A stretch of 64,000 nucleotides of DNA from the NCBI GenBank assembly GCA_963733675.1, contig CAVTET010000012.1:192001-256000 (forward strand), read 5' to 3'. Shown here piece after piece: positions 1 through 11,977 of this stretch. The translations under genes and the position numbers were made by a program. Origin of the DNA: an uncultured Methanosarcinaceae archaeon (GTDB taxonomy: Archaea > Halobacteriota > Methanosarcinia > Methanosarcinales > Methanosarcinaceae). The notes under the pieces are model-generated. The model saw only the letters and a list, made by a program, of their open reading frames with translations. It had not been told where the DNA came from and did no database searches. The stretch's first letter is position 1; the number at the start of each line of letters is the position of its first letter.

Positions 1-305
1 GTATGCACAATTTCTTTCATTTTTTCAAATTTTTCTCCAGCACTAATAATTTCCGCTTTACCTTTTATCTGGAAACAGCCACCTGTATCTGGACCCCATA
101 TATAGAATGCAACAACAGGATTTTCTTCCAGGTTTGCCAGCGATTTGATCATGAAATTATCTGCAATCCAGACTGTCTCATCATCTACAAGCCGGCAGAA
201 CCCTATCGGCACTACATTCGGAATTCCATCTTTTGAGGCAGTAGCCACAGGAAAGATCTTCACCATTGAGAAAGCTTTTTTCATCTCTTCAGTTAATTTT
301 GCCAT
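1..305 (-). CDS. Pyridoxamine 5'-phosphate oxidase-like FMN-binding protein (runs off window start)
   Basis: Manual minus-strand translation from ATG at 305: MAKLTEEMKKAFSMVKIFPVATASKDGIPNVVPIGFCRLVDDETVWIADNFMIKSLANLEENP; VATASKDGxPNV is typical of the family. Not in the ORF track because its stop is outside the window. Confidence 0.85.
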   Translation of the reverse strand, partial: MAKLTEEMKKAFSMVKIFPVATASKDGIPNVVPIGFCRLVDDETVWIADNFMIKSLANLEENPVVAFYIWGPDTGGCFQIKGKAEIISAGEKFEKMKEIVH

Positions 306-641
306 AGTATTCACCATAAAGATGGTTGCTGTATAAATTTATATATTTAAGCATTAGAATTTTGTATCGTATATTTTATTAATATATTTTCATTACCTTA
401 CAAGGTAAAAAAATATCCTGCGAAATATTTTTTTAAGGGGAAAAAGGATGAATTTGTAGTTTATGTATAACATTTCGGATATGAACAAATAATACTAGAA
501 AAAATCGGCTACAAAGAGATAAATATTAAGAATCTCGATGAACTTCTGATCTTCACGAATCACTTATATACAGTTTATCCGCATATGACGAAATTTAGGG
601 TTCATCGGAATCCTCTTGAGACTTGGACAGACTGATTTATT

Positions 642-760
642 TAGGACTTATGCGGGTTAGCCGAAAAATCAGTAGCATCATGCATTAATTTGTCTAATAT
701 ATAAGCTAAAATAACAATTTTCATTGTGCCTAATTTTGGACTTATATCGCGTAAGTCCTA
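642..760. mobile_element. MITE (family A), 119 bp
   Basis: Terminal inverted repeats TAGGACTTATGCG / CGCGTAAGTCCTA (12/13), no ORF; a related solo end at about 61222-61262. Confidence 0.7.
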
Positions 761-849
761 TTATATGAAAATTTCACGAAACAAAATTATGGATAAACTA
801 TAAATAGAGGGGAATATCACTGAAAATAAATTTGGAAAATAATGCTTTT

Positions 850-1520
850 TGTGAGTGGATCAGGAAAAATAAGGATAGCAAATATCTTTTTGATGGGATC
901 GGAGGGTTAAGTTCTCCGATCTCAATCTACCTTGCGGTCGCAGGTGTTTTTGGGAATAATAATTAAAGATCTTGATTAGTGGATCCTAGTAATCTAAAAA
1001 AGCAGTTCTCCACCATGAATTGTATATCGGGGTAGATAAGATAAAATCCGCAGAGGAAAAATTGCTTTCTCTAAATCTTGGAAATAAAATTAAAAACAAT
1101 CAAAGGAAGAATAATTGATGAGAATTCAAGTTAAATAGTTATACTTTTGATCAGAAAATAAATGCGCTGGATAACTTGGATATCAGGGCGCTTTGAAAAA
1201 CCCTGCTATGAAGCAAAAGATACTCCTAATTTACGGTGCGTTCTAATGTTATCGAGGCCAGATAACAACAATAATCTCAGGAAAAACCTCATCTCTTTTC
1301 TGTATTTTTCGCATTACTTTTAAAAAGAAATATTTATATTATTGAGCAATACCAAGGGTATAAGTATAATTCAGGCAAAAAAGTAATTGAATACCTATCC
1401 AAGCGAGGAAAATTTCGGAAAATAGTCTCTTGTTATGGAGGTCTTTATTGCTCTTTTAGCGAATTAAATGTTGATAAGCCAGAGAATGTTACAGTAAGTG
1501 GAATTGGAAAAAGAGAGTAA
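850..1520 (+). pseudogene. ThiF/MoeB/HesA family adenylyltransferase remnant
   Basis: Fragments GIGGLSSPISIYLAVAGV (~895-950), IGVDKIKSAEEKLLSLN and ALDNLD, broken by stops and frameshifts. Confidence 0.7.
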
Positions 1521-1579
1521 AAGATTGAAAAACAGATTTTCTACAGGTTTACTCCTGCATTTTGAGGAACAAGATTATT

Positions 1580-2493
1580 ATGGAAAACCAGAAAATTGCA
1601 GAGGAAATAAACAAAATTAAAAAGAGAAAAATGCAATAATAATTTCACATTTTTATACACGGAGAGAAGTTCAGGATGTTTCTGATTTTGTTGCAGATTC
1701 CCTTTCACTCTGTAAGGCAGCATTGAACTCAAAAACTGAAATTATAGTTTTTGCAGGTGTCCATTTCATGGCAGAGTCGGCATCGATCATCTCCCCTGAA
1801 AAGCTAGTCCTTTTACCAGTTCCTGATGCCGTATGCCCAATGGCGGATATGGTAACTGTGGAATCTCTACGATGTTTGAAAGAAAAAAATTCTGATGCAG
1901 CAGTTGTATGCTATGTAAATAGTTCAGCTGCAGTAAAAGCAGAATCTGATATATGCTGCACATCTGCAAATGCAATAAATGTGGTAAATTCTATTGAAAA
2001 CCAGGAAATTATTTTCATCCCTGACAAAAACTTGGGAAGGTTTGTATCCCTTCACACCAAAAAAAAAATACATCTTTGGCCTGGATTTTGTCATGTTCAT
2101 GACAGCATTAGTGATGAAAATATAAACAAATTAAAAAAAATGCATCCAGATGTCGAATTTTTGGCACATCCTGAGTGTAGGCCTGAAGTCCTGAGCCTTG
2201 CAGATAATATTCTCAGTACCTCAGGTATTATAAATGAAGTTGGGAAATCAAGTTCAAAGGAGTTTATAATCGGAACTGAAACGGAAATCGTTCAGAACCT
2301 GAAAAGAAACTATCCGGATAAAAAGTTCTATCCTGCATCTGAGAAGGCTCTTTGTTACAACATGAAAAAAATCACACTTGAATCCATCCTTAACAGCCTT
2401 CAAAATATGGAATATGAGCTTTATATCCCTGGGTATATAAGAATGAAAGCGAAAAAAGCGCTGGATAGGATGCTTGAAATCAGTGGAAATTGA
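1580..2493 (+). CDS. nadA: Quinolinate synthase NadA with a frameshift near codon 14 (pseudogene or sequence error)
   Basis: IVFAGVHFMAE, CPMADM, YVNSSAAVKA, CHVH, AHPEC motifs. ATG 1580 (MENQKIAEEINK) is out of frame with KEKNAIIISHFY at the A-run near 1619-1623. Confidence 0.9.
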
Positions 2494-2657
2494 AGTCGAG
2501 AAAGGAAGGTAGAATCCTTTCCTTGAATTTTTTGAGAAATTTTCCCCGAATTTATCAATTCTTCACCCTGCTTTATAATTCAATGAGATGACTATTTATA
2601 CCTAAATCAAACTCGTGAATATTTGATCATAGTTGTAATGTGTGTCGAATGATGGGT

Positions 2658-2730
2658 TTCAGGATGGCAGAGTGACTATGCTTCCGGTTGCAACCATGAA
2701 ATAAGTGAATTTGATCCTCAATTATTTGGA
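2658..2730 (+). pseudogene. Degenerate tRNA-Cys(GCA)
   Basis: TTCAGGA-TG-GCAGAGTGACTATGC (intact D arm), TCCGG-TTGCAAC (GCA anticodon loop), GTGAA-TTTGATC-CTCA (decayed T arm); 3' strands of the anticodon and acceptor stems mutated. Confidence 0.6.
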
Positions 2731-2870
2731 AATTGTTGGGAAAAAGTATAGTAAAGAGATGTGCAGGTATACATGTGCAGGTATTATTGTAACTTTGAAG
2801 CCTTATTTGCCTTTCAAGATATGAGATAGTTTTTCAGAGGAATTTTACCTATATAATGATTGTTTAAGAG

Positions 2871-2978
2871 ATGAAAATGACCGATTCGAATAAACGTAGA
2901 AAACAAGCAATTTGTATTGCATCCCTACTCTCCCTACTTAGTTTTTTGCTATTGATACATCTCGGATATGAGTACAAA
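2871..2978 (+). pseudogene. 5' fragment of a secreted or membrane protein gene truncated by IS6
   Basis: MKMTDSNKRRKQAICIASLLSLLSFLLLIHLGYEYK (basic N-region plus hydrophobic helix) ends at the IS6 tip; no continuation recognised after the IS. Confidence 0.45.
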
Positions 2979-3910
2979 GGTTCCGTTGCAAAAAATTCAA
3001 AAAAATATGTAAATCTATAAGTAATGAATAAAAATCAAAATATTAAAGGAAAATGGATTCCGTTGCAAAAAATCCTTTCTAATGATACAATAGAATAAAA
3101 CGAAAACCAAAGATAGTAATATGCTATCTAATTCCTTTAAATGGAAGCATTACGAAGGAGAAATTATCCTATTAAATTTAAGATGGTACTTAAAATATCC
3201 ATTGAGCTATAGAAATTTAAAGGAAATGATGATAGAAAGAGGAATTCAAGTTGATCACAGTACTATAATGAGATGGGTGCATCAATATTTCCCTGAGATA
3301 GAAAAAAAGATCAGAAGACATTTAAGACTAACAAATGATTCATGGAGAGTTGATGAAACCTATATCAAAGTAAAAGGTAAATGGAAATATCTTTATCGAG
3401 CAGTTGATTCCAATGTAGATACAATTGATTTCATGTTAAGTTCAAAACGAGATAGAAAGGCAGCGAAGAGATTCTTTAAGAAAGCTTTAAGTTCTAATCA
3501 TAATCAAATTCCAAGATTAATAACCGTTGATAAGAATCCAGCTTATCCACCTGCTATAGATAAACTAAAAATTGATAAAATACTACCTAAAAACGTAGGC
3601 ATTCGACAAATCAAGTATTTGAATAACATTATAGAACAAGATCATAGATCTATAAAGCGAATCGTTAATCCAATATTAGGATTTCAGTCTTTTCGGTCTG
3701 CTAATAAAACTTTAAAAATAATTGAAACTATGAATATGATCAAAAAAGGACAAGTCAATAATTTAAATTACTCTGTTCTTAATGAAGTCAAATACATTAA
3801 TCAATTGTTTGGTATAGTTTTATAATGTTAGTACATTTTCCTTGAATACTTTGATTTTTATTCATTACTTATAGATTTACATATTTTTTTGAATTTTTTG
3901 CAACGGAACC
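2979..3910 (+). mobile_element. IS6-family element, copy 1 (long-IR variant)
   Basis: Ends GGTTCCGTTGCAAAAAATTC / GAATTTTTTGCAACGGAACC; 77-bp inverted arms 2979-3055 and 3834-3910; internal GATTCCGTTGC at 3056; no TSD. Confidence 0.95.
3121..3825 (+). CDS. IS6-family DDE transposase (234 aa)
   Basis: SWRVDETYIKVKGKWKYLYRAVD, ITVDKNPAY, YLNNIIEQDHR motifs. Confidence 0.95.
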   Translation: MLSNSFKWKHYEGEIILLNLRWYLKYPLSYRNLKEMMIERGIQVDHSTIMRWVHQYFPEIEKKIRRHLRLTNDSWRVDETYIKVKGKWKYLYRAVDSNVDTIDFMLSSKRDRKAAKRFFKKALSSNHNQIPRLITVDKNPAYPPAIDKLKIDKILPKNVGIRQIKYLNNIIEQDHRSIKRIVNPILGFQSFRSANKTLKIIETMNMIKKGQVNNLNYSVLNEVKYINQLFGIVL

Positions 3911-4825
3911 CTTTTTCGGAAACCTGCTGAATGTAAAGGATAACTTCATCTTTGTGATACTTGGAATAATTTTTGATTCATTACTTCCAGGCTTTATTAC
4001 GTATATTCAAAGCAGAAACTATTAAAAGCTAGCATGTGGGATTTGCAATTTGAACTGCTAAAATCATGGTAAAATCAATAATTATGATATTTTTTAGTAT
4101 CTCTGAGATCGCTAAAATTTGGCATTATAGTCCTCAAGCAAAAATTAACATGTCTAAAACTCGAAAAATATATCCATCACTAAGTAATATGTCTCTTGAA
4201 TGTGGAGGTTTACATTCAAAACTATATCTTCCTATGAAAAAGTTTGGTCAGCCTGGAACGGAGTGCTATGTACCCATCTCAAGTGCCCCATCTTTTTGAT
4301 AAAAATATCCTGCACTGACGAGAGTATAATCATATATCATATAGTGTTAAGTCTCCTTGATCGGCGAGGAAGTCCGACCAAATTTGACATGTTTTAATTT
4401 TAAATTCCTATTTTCTCACTACATTTCCCTGCTAATCAGTAGTTAATTCAATATTCAGAGAACTTTTTTGTGGTTGAAATCGCGAATTTTTTGATACCTT
4501 CCTGGCTTGTATGCTTAAAATGAAATTCTCCAACCTTCAATTCTCGTTACGGATATGAAATATTTAAGCTGTATAAAATCGGTCGTTTCATAGATTGCTA
4601 TGAGTTATAAATCAATAATTTATATTTTATGAAAAAAATGCTAACTCTGATGTAGAATTTATTTACTCAACAACTTCTTGATGTTAATGATTTTGTAGAA
4701 CAATCGACACTTTGTCGAAAAACATAGATAACAATTTTCAGATTTTCCAAAAATAGCCGATAAACTTATACCTAATAAATACCATAGTATGCTGCTGATT
4801 CATGGAACTATGTAAAGGCAATAAA

Positions 4826-4899
4826 GGGCTCGTGGTCTAGGTGGTTATGACGTCGCCTTCACACGGCGGAGATCCTGAGTTCGAATCTCAGCGGGCCCA
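4826..4899 (+). tRNA. tRNA-Val(CAC)
   Basis: Complete cloverleaf GGGCTCG...CGGGCCCA; anticodon arm TCGCC-TTCACAC-GGCGG; T loop TTCGAAT. Confidence 0.97.
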
Positions 4900-5216
4900 T
4901 CCATTTTCTTTTTTGATGTTAAGTGTGTATAGATCTCCTTTTCTAATGCGTCAACTCTTGCTTCAATGTCGGATTCTATTTCTGGTTGTACAACTCTAAG
5001 TTTGCCATAAAATTCTTTATAAAGGGAGAATACATAAACAGGTTTACTCTCCACTTCTGGGTTGTCTTTTCAATATCTAACTGTTTTACACTTGCTGACT
5101 CCTCATGAAAGAGACATTAATCGACCTAAAAAACCTTATTTTAGCCATCAGGTCGAGAAAAATCAATTTTGAGTAAAAAGCTTAAGTAAAATAAAGCAAA
5201 CATTAGACGAGATTTC

Positions 5217-5705
5217 ATGACTGAGTTTGAACATATGCTTGTAAACTCTTTTAATGCATACATTGAAGAAAATGGGATAAGAGCCGTCTCCTACAGGCTT
5301 AAACAACACAGGTTTACTCCCCAGTTTCTTGATGTGCTTGTTGATTCTCTTAATCCCGACTTATACCTGGGAATTGAGTGCAAAAGTATCTCCGTGGATA
5401 AAGGGGCAAATGCACTTTACTTCTCACAACACTTTAATGTGGACAAAAAAGGAATTCATCAGATAGAAAGGATTTCAAATTACCTAAATAAGTCAGGAAG
5501 ACGGGGATTCCTTGCTGTGGAACTTCGCCTTGGTACAGGACATAGTAGGGAAGCACATATGATCCCCTGGGAAGAACTGAAGAAAAAATATCTTACTCAG
5601 AACCTCAAATTCACATTACAGGAAATTCGGAATTTTTCGGAAATCAAAAGAGATGGAAAAGATTACAGAATCAATCCAAGTAACTGGGACTATAAGCAAA
5701 ACTGA
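5217..5705 (+). CDS. PD-(D/E)xK nuclease, Holliday junction resolvase (Hjc)-like
   Basis: EFE...LDVLV...GIECKS motif spacing; adjacent to a RecJ-like gene. Confidence 0.65.
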   Translation: MTEFEHMLVNSFNAYIEENGIRAVSYRLKQHRFTPQFLDVLVDSLNPDLYLGIECKSISVDKGANALYFSQHFNVDKKGIHQIERISNYLNKSGRRGFLAVELRLGTGHSREAHMIPWEELKKKYLTQNLKFTLQEIRNFSEIKRDGKDYRINPSNWDYKQN

Positions 5706-5749
5706 GAAAACGAAGATAATCTGGGACAAATAAAAATTTTGGAGAAATA

Positions 5750-7150
5750 ATGTCTGTGGCAATGAACGCACTTAAGAAAGAAGCAGTTAAGTGTGCTGAT
5801 GAAATAAAAAAACAGAGATCAATCCATGTTGTATCCCATATTGATGCTGATGGGCTGACTTCTGCGGGAATTATCTGTACAGCCCTTGAGCGGGGAAAGT
5901 TCGAATATACGACACGTTTCGTAAAGCAACTTGATGAAAAGATTCTTGATGCTATAGCCGATGAAAATCATGAAACTGTTATTTTTACTGATCTAGGAAG
6001 TGGGATGTGCGAATTGATAAAATCTCGCGGGATCAATGCTGTAATATCAGATCACCATCAGCCCCAGGGAAATATTCAATTTCACCTCAATCCCCATCTT
6101 TTTGGAGCAAACGGCTCCTATGAACTAAGTGGCTCGGGAAGTACCTATCTTCTAGGTTTGGCCCTTGGAAAGAATAACGATCTATCGCCTCTCGCCATAG
6201 TAGGAGCAGTGGGTGACATGCAGCATCTAAAAATGGGGCATCTTATTGGGATTAACAGAGAGATTCTGGAAGCAGGAGTAAAAATAAATATCCTCCAATT
6301 TAAAAAAGATCTGACACTCTTCGGAAAACAAACCCGCCCAATTTATAAATTGTTTCAGTACTCCTCAGATCCTTATCTTCCGGGACTTACAGGTAACGAA
6401 GAAGCATGCATTGAATTTCTTCATTCTCTCAACATTCGTTTCAGCAAGGATGAACGCTGGAGGCTCTGGATTGACCTTGAAACCCCGGAAAAACAAAAAA
6501 TTGTTTCAGGAGTTATTCAGTACTGCCTCAAATCGGGGATACCTTCATACAAGATAGAGCGCTTGATAGGTGAAGTTTACGTTCTTCTTAAAGAAAGAGA
6601 AGGAACAGAGATGAGGGATGCTTCAGAATTTTCTACCCTTCTAAACGCTACTGCACGCTACGATCATGCGGGAATCGGACTTTCGGTGTGCATGGGAAAT
6701 AGAGAGAAAGCTTATGAATTTGCCCGTAAATTGCTTGCCGAACATAGGCAGAACCTTGTTAATGGACTCATGTATGTTAAAGAAAACGGAGTTATCCAGC
6801 TGGAGAATATTCAATACTTCGATTCCGGTTCGGAGATAAAAGAAACCATAGTAGGAATTATTGCAGGCATGAGTTCTACGATAGTTGAGAACAGAAATCT
6901 TCCAATAATTGCATTTGCAAAAGCCGATGAAGGAATCAAAGTCTCAGGTAGGGCAACACAGGACCTTCTTCGCAGGGGAGTAAATCTTGCAAAAGCCATG
7001 TCTGTGGTCTCAGCGGAAGTTGGAGGAATGGGGGGGGGGCATGATATTGCAGCAGGAGCAACGATCCCTAAAAGCACAAAGGAAGAATTTACCCAGAAGC
7101 TTAATATGTTTATAGGAGAACAGCTACGAAAAAAAGCACTTTCAAAGTAA
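5750..7150 (+). CDS. recJ: RecJ-like DHH/DHHA1 phosphoesterase
   Basis: SHIDADG, FTDLG, SDHH, AVGD and GGGHDIAAGA motifs. Confidence 0.88.
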   Translation: MSVAMNALKKEAVKCADEIKKQRSIHVVSHIDADGLTSAGIICTALERGKFEYTTRFVKQLDEKILDAIADENHETVIFTDLGSGMCELIKSRGINAVISDHHQPQGNIQFHLNPHLFGANGSYELSGSGSTYLLGLALGKNNDLSPLAIVGAVGDMQHLKMGHLIGINREILEAGVKINILQFKKDLTLFGKQTRPIYKLFQYSSDPYLPGLTGNEEACIEFLHSLNIRFSKDERWRLWIDLETPEKQKIVSGVIQYCLKSGIPSYKIERLIGEVYVLLKEREGTEMRDASEFSTLLNATARYDHAGIGLSVCMGNREKAYEFARKLLAEHRQNLVNGLMYVKENGVIQLENIQYFDSGSEIKETIVGIIAGMSSTIVENRNLPIIAFAKADEGIKVSGRATQDLLRRGVNLAKAMSVVSAEVGGMGGGHDIAAGATIPKSTKEEFTQKLNMFIGEQLRKKALSK

Positions 7151-7243
7151 AATACCGTTTGGGGATATACTTCAAAAAGCTTAACTTATGTGATTGATTC
7201 AGTAAAAATATAGAACTTCTTGAATAGATCAATATGAGTGTCT

Positions 7244-8002
7244 CTAATATATATCTTCAATCCTGCTCATTTCTTTGAATGAAATTAGACTTGACATCGC
7301 ACTTGTATCTATTGAAATTCCATACTCCTGTACAACCGCCATAGGATTTGTCCCTCCGATGACAACTATTCCAAGATGATCCCTCTCAATTGGAACATCT
7401 AGAACCCTTTTATTTGGTTCCCCTACTTCTAGAATTCCGCTGAACTCCGCATCCAGAAGGTCAGACAGACAAATGTCGATCGCGTCTCTCGCAATCATTG
7501 GAGCTTCTCTGAGGTTTGCAAGAATCTTGCCTGAACCTGTCCTTAGCATTTCCGAGACGGAGGTAATACCCTGTGACATCAGAATTTCAAGTGGGTCTAC
7601 GGTAGTGCTCACATAAGTTAGTACATCAGTGAAGCGCACTGGACCTCCATTCCGGATCTGAACAACTCCACCAAGTTTTGGATTTACAGGAATCCCCGCT
7701 TTGAGCAGTACACCGTCAATAGTTATACTGCATACTGTCCCGATACCTACCTTTCCCTTTTCAATATTCAGATCTCCTATAGACTCACCCTCTGAAATGA
7801 TTTTCACATAAGGTGTTACTGAAAGCCCGCTTGAGATCACCATATTAAAAATTCTCAGAACATCGTCAAGATCTTTTTTATTAATAAGTGAAAGATTAAG
7901 TATGATATTTCCATCCATTTTCTTGGGGTCGAATGTAGTCTTGTACATGAGATCCCTGATTTTAGATGACATAAATTGAAGACGGTATCCTTTTTTCTGC
8001 AT
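7244..8002 (-). CDS. nrpRII: NrpR regulatory-domain protein lacking the HTH (NrpRII-like)
   Basis: [44 protein letters not shown] motifs; 252 aa. Confidence 0.8.
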   Translation of the reverse strand: MQKKGYRLQFMSSKIRDLMYKTTFDPKKMDGNIILNLSLINKKDLDDVLRIFNMVISSGLSVTPYVKIISEGESIGDLNIEKGKVGIGTVCSITIDGVLLKAGIPVNPKLGGVVQIRNGGPVRFTDVLTYVSTTVDPLEILMSQGITSVSEMLRTGSGKILANLREAPMIARDAIDICLSDLLDAEFSGILEVGEPNKRVLDVPIERDHLGIVVIGGTNPMAVVQEYGISIDTSAMSSLISFKEMSRIEDIY

Positions 8003-8638
8003 TTAAATCCTCAAGAAATGAAGGTATTTATACCTATTATAAGTTGTGTATAATTGCTAATCTGTATATTCTGAAACTTTATCGGCTCTGGCCACAGGAT
8101 ACTAATTGAAAGCTATATAATATTGACATTCTACAGATATACAGATGTAGCATTTGTTTGCCTATTTGCCTACTATTATTCATTGAAAGTCAGATTAATT
8201 CTGGCATGAAGTACATGAGGTTATCTTTCTCATGCAATCTCTCCAACATTTTTCCTATAATTAAGATCATCTAGATGATGATTTTCATAAGTTCATCAAT
8301 CAAAACGGTACTAAGTTTCTACAATTTTCCTGTTTTGAATTATTTCATTTAGTACACCATTTCATCTTCGCCAATCCAGAAAATATCTAATAGCAGTTAG
8401 AAGTTTTATCAATAAATCATAAAATGGAAATCTAAAAGTCAATTGTTGACTCACATACAACAACATCACATTTTTCTGATATAACCAGAATTTTAAGGGC
8501 GAAAATTCCATTATCACCCATCTAAATGTATTTGTTTTCACCGGATACATTGGGGACAGTAAAGTGAAAGAACGTTTTGAGAATGTCTAAACCACAACAT
8601 TTGTTTACGATTTTTGACAATTTAGGTAACTCAATTTA

Positions 8639-9510
8639 GAGCCTATCCGAAAAATAATATACTTTCAATTTAAGATCATGTGTGGTAATGACAAAACGGA
8701 AAATTGTTCAGGACTACAAAATTTCTGAAGATTATTGGGGAAAAATAGAACCTTTACTACCTGTACCTCAGCCAAAAAAGAAGTCTTGAAGACCTAGAAA
8801 GGGTGATAGGAAAATAATGAGTGGCATTTTCCGTCTCCTCTTTACTGGTTGCCAATGGAAAGCATTGCCCCGATTTTATGGAGCTTGAAGCACTGTACAT
8901 GATCGATTTCAGAAATGGCAACTATCAGGCTTATTTGAGAGCATGTGGCTGGCTGGTCTTGTCGAGTATGATTTCGAAAAAGGATTAGAATGGGAATGAC
9001 AATCAATTGATGGTGCTATGACAAAAGCACCATTAGTTGGAGCTGGAACAGGAGCCAATCCTACTGATCGTGGCAAAAAAGGTACAAAAAGGATTGTTTT
9101 AACTGATGGTAAAGGCATATCACTTTCTGTTGTCGTTGATGGAGCCAATCGTCACGATAAAAAGCTTGTAAAAAGGACTTTAGACGCCATATTCTTTGAA
9201 AGATCTTCTCCAGAAGACATAATTCAGAATATGTGCATGGATAAGGGTTATGATTTCACAGATATCAGAAAATTGGTTGAAGACTATGGTTATACTGCGC
9301 ATATCAAAAGTCGTGGAGAAGAAAACATAAGAAGAGGCATACCTGGTTTTAGGGCAAGAAGATGGGTTGTAGAAAGGACACATTCTTGGCTGAATAGATT
9401 CAAAAGACTCCTTATAAGATGGGAAAAGAAAATTGAAAATTAATCTGTTATGTTCCCTTTAACAGGTGCCTAGATAACCTTTAGAGCAGCGGAACTTTTT
9501 GGATAGTCTC
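8639..9510 (+). mobile_element. IS5-family (IS1031-like) element, inactivated transposase
   Basis: IRs GAGCCTATCCGAAAA / TTTTGGATAGTCTC; ANPTDRGKKGTKR, DKGYD, RWVVERTHSWL; several in-frame stops. Confidence 0.9.
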
Positions 9511-9599
9511 TTCATGAATTTGGATAAAATTCTATTGTCGTTTAAAAGTGGCGAAGAAACAATAAAAATTAGAATGACTCTCTAGTGATATCATTTTGA

Positions 9600-10300
9600 G
9601 CAACAAAGTAAAACTGCTCTGCAATTTCCATACTACTCTTAAGGTTAGTAATTTTCATATCAAATTTACAGGCAAATTTCTTAAAGTTTTCATCAAATTC
9701 GGAATTATTTGTACATTCGGTATTTATTTTTGCAGCCATACAATAAAGAGATTTTTATAGATGCTCGTTGTTAAAATCCAGACCTTTAGCTTCATTCCCT
9801 AGGCGTTTCCAGCTAGAAGCCCACATAGAAGTCAGATAAATCGTCCCTATATCTCTAAAATTGAACATGCATCTGCATAAGCCTCATTTCCTCCAAGAGC
9901 TAAATTGATGCAGTCTTCTATCATCTCTCCTTCCTTATCCTCCAGGAAAGAAAGCGAACATCCAAGATCTACAAAGTCTTCTTCCAGTTTTCCTTAATGT
10001 ATGCCCACAAATATCATAAAAAATCAATATATTATCCGAAAAGCAAGCCATTTCCAGAATATTTTCGTACACTTTGCCTTCAATTGCTCAAGATCCGAAT
10101 ATAGGTCCAGTCTTAACAGGTTCACGACAACAGTTACCTTTTTTGCTCTATTAGTTCCCTTTTTTTGTGAATTTTTTTGAAAAAGGGAAATAAGGACAAC
10201 AACTTTATAAATAGTTTTAAATATGGGTTGTCTGCATCTTCGAGAAGCATTGGGATCCTATCCAGGAAGACTGTTCTATGAGTACAGTTTTTTGACTTAA
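9600..10300 (-). pseudogene. DUF1638-like protein remnant
   Basis: Fragments ILIFYDICGH, EDCINLALGGNEAY, GTIYLTSMWASSW, FACKFDMKI with stops and frameshifts. Confidence 0.6.
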
Positions 10301-10789
10301 GCTTTTGAAGGAATTATAAATTGTCCCGATTTTCCACAACGATTAGCTGCTTAAGTTCAGAATCTTTTTAAGATAATATATGTACTAGCTCGTCTTCAAG
10401 CATTCCACGGGCAATAATACTCAGTAAAGACATGTTCTCTAATTTTCTTCTAAAGTATTTATTAGGTCTCATTCACAATTCATCCAGGTCTAAAGGGTAT
10501 AAGTTTAGAGCCTACCCAGAAAATCAATAATTAATGTTGTAAAATTACAAAATGATAGTGTACCAAAAGTTCTGTAAAATATGACAGGATGCAGAGCCAA
10601 TAGTTTAACTGAAAAGATTCTAATTTTCACGATTGTAAAGCCGGATGACCACTGCTTCAGATGTGGGTCCCCGGTCTTATAATAGTAAATATAAAAAATG
10701 AATAGGCTGCTGATAGTCTCAAGGTGGGGTCTCATTTGATGGCAATGGGACTGTATGCTAGCCCCCACAAAATCGTCGTGAAAATCGAT

Positions 10790-11190
10790 TACTGAATCAC
10801 AATTACTCTACATTCACCGGCTTTGTAATCAGAGTTACAGGTCTTCAATACATTGATTGGAGCCGTTGCTGATGTTCTATTATAGCCTATGAAATCTATT
10901 GGTATGAATAAAACATTCAACATTTGGAGACCTACATTCAATACAGTTACTGATGATGGTATATAAATAAAATTTTCAGGTACTGAAACATTTGCATCTA
11001 GCTAAGCGCTGCGCAATGCTATCCCATAAGTAAAGTTAGCAAGATCACTCTAGGTAATTATAGGAGTCGCCTTTGTTACACAGTGGACCCAGGGCATAAA
11101 AATTGCCCGCAGGGAGATGGATAGGATCCGATAGGCACAATGGCTGTGATAGTGTTTGTGGATATGTTAATACAGAGATAGTGTCATCTT
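10790..11190 (-). pseudogene. Surface protein remnant (YVTN-like propeller end plus Ig-like repeat)
   Basis: NISTNTITAIVPIGSYP then KATPIIT*SDLANFTYGIALRSA*LDANVSVPENFIY, a decayed KATPTITWSNPADITYGTAL-type repeat. Confidence 0.6.
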
Positions 11191-11353
11191 AATGTTACAA
11201 AATTTAAACTCCCAAATTCTCAAATGGTTATAAGTTTCTCTAAATTCTCGATACTTAATTCAAAAATAAAAAAAATTATAATTTGGGTACCATAATTACG
11301 GTAAAATAGTTTTCAGATCAGTAATTCACCAAATTTTTCCTGAAATTCTGGAA

Positions 11354-11977
11354 TTATGCTTTTTGCGTGCTTTGAATTTGCTTGAAGAGCATATCGATTT
11401 TCTCCCAGTTGACTATATTCCAGAATGCATCTATGAATTTGCTTCTTTCATTCTTGTAGTCAATGTAGTAGGCGTGTTCCCATACGTCCAGAACCATTAG
11501 AATCGGGAAACTTGGAATTATATTAACATTGTGCTTTTCTATCTGCATGATTCCGAGTCTTTTAGTACCTTTGCAGAAACTTAATGCTGCCCAACCGGAA
11601 CCTTCAACACTTGATGCGACCTGTGTAAACTCCTTTTTAAACATTTCAAAATTTCCGAAATCTTCCTTGATCACTTCAGACATTTCACCGACTGGTTCTT
11701 TATTGGAATTGTTTGCAGGAGTCAGTTCCCACCAAAAATAATCATGAAGGACATGTCCTCCCAAATTAAAAGCCAAAGCTTTTGCATTTGCCTTGTAATC
11801 AAAATCAGTTCCTGCTGCTCTTGCTTTGTCCATGGTTTGCAAAATTGAATTCACATTAGTCACATAAGCCTGATGATGTTTGTTATGGTGTATTCTTAAC
11901 TGTTCCTCGGAAATATAAGGCTCTAATTCTGCATATCCGTATTCCAAACTCGGTAATAGGTACATTTCCTTAGCCAT
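11354..11977 (-). CDS. sod: Fe/Mn superoxide dismutase
   Basis: [24 protein letters not shown] metal-ligand motifs. Confidence 0.96.
   Translation of the reverse strand: MAKEMYLLPSLEYGYAELEPYISEEQLRIHHNKHHQAYVTNVNSILQTMDKARAAGTDFDYKANAKALAFNLGGHVLHDYFWWELTPANNSNKEPVGEMSEVIKEDFGNFEMFKKEFTQVASSVEGSGWAALSFCKGTKRLGIMQIEKHNVNIIPSFPILMVLDVWEHAYYIDYKNERSKFIDAFWNIVNWEKIDMLFKQIQSTQKA

Noticed and set aside
2963-2970. CGGATATG near IS6 copy 1 matches the reverse complement of the copy 3 flank
   Set aside because: It lies 8 bp away from the copy 1 tip rather than abutting it, and also occurs near 4550; likely chance.
3911-4700. Short ORFs after IS6 copy 1 (also 51900-53600 and 61263-61786)
   Set aside because: No recognisable motifs in the frames read; cannot be supported without a homology search.
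4845-5054. 69-aa minus-strand ORF
   Set aside because: Its 3' end is antisense to tRNA-Val; probable shadow ORF.
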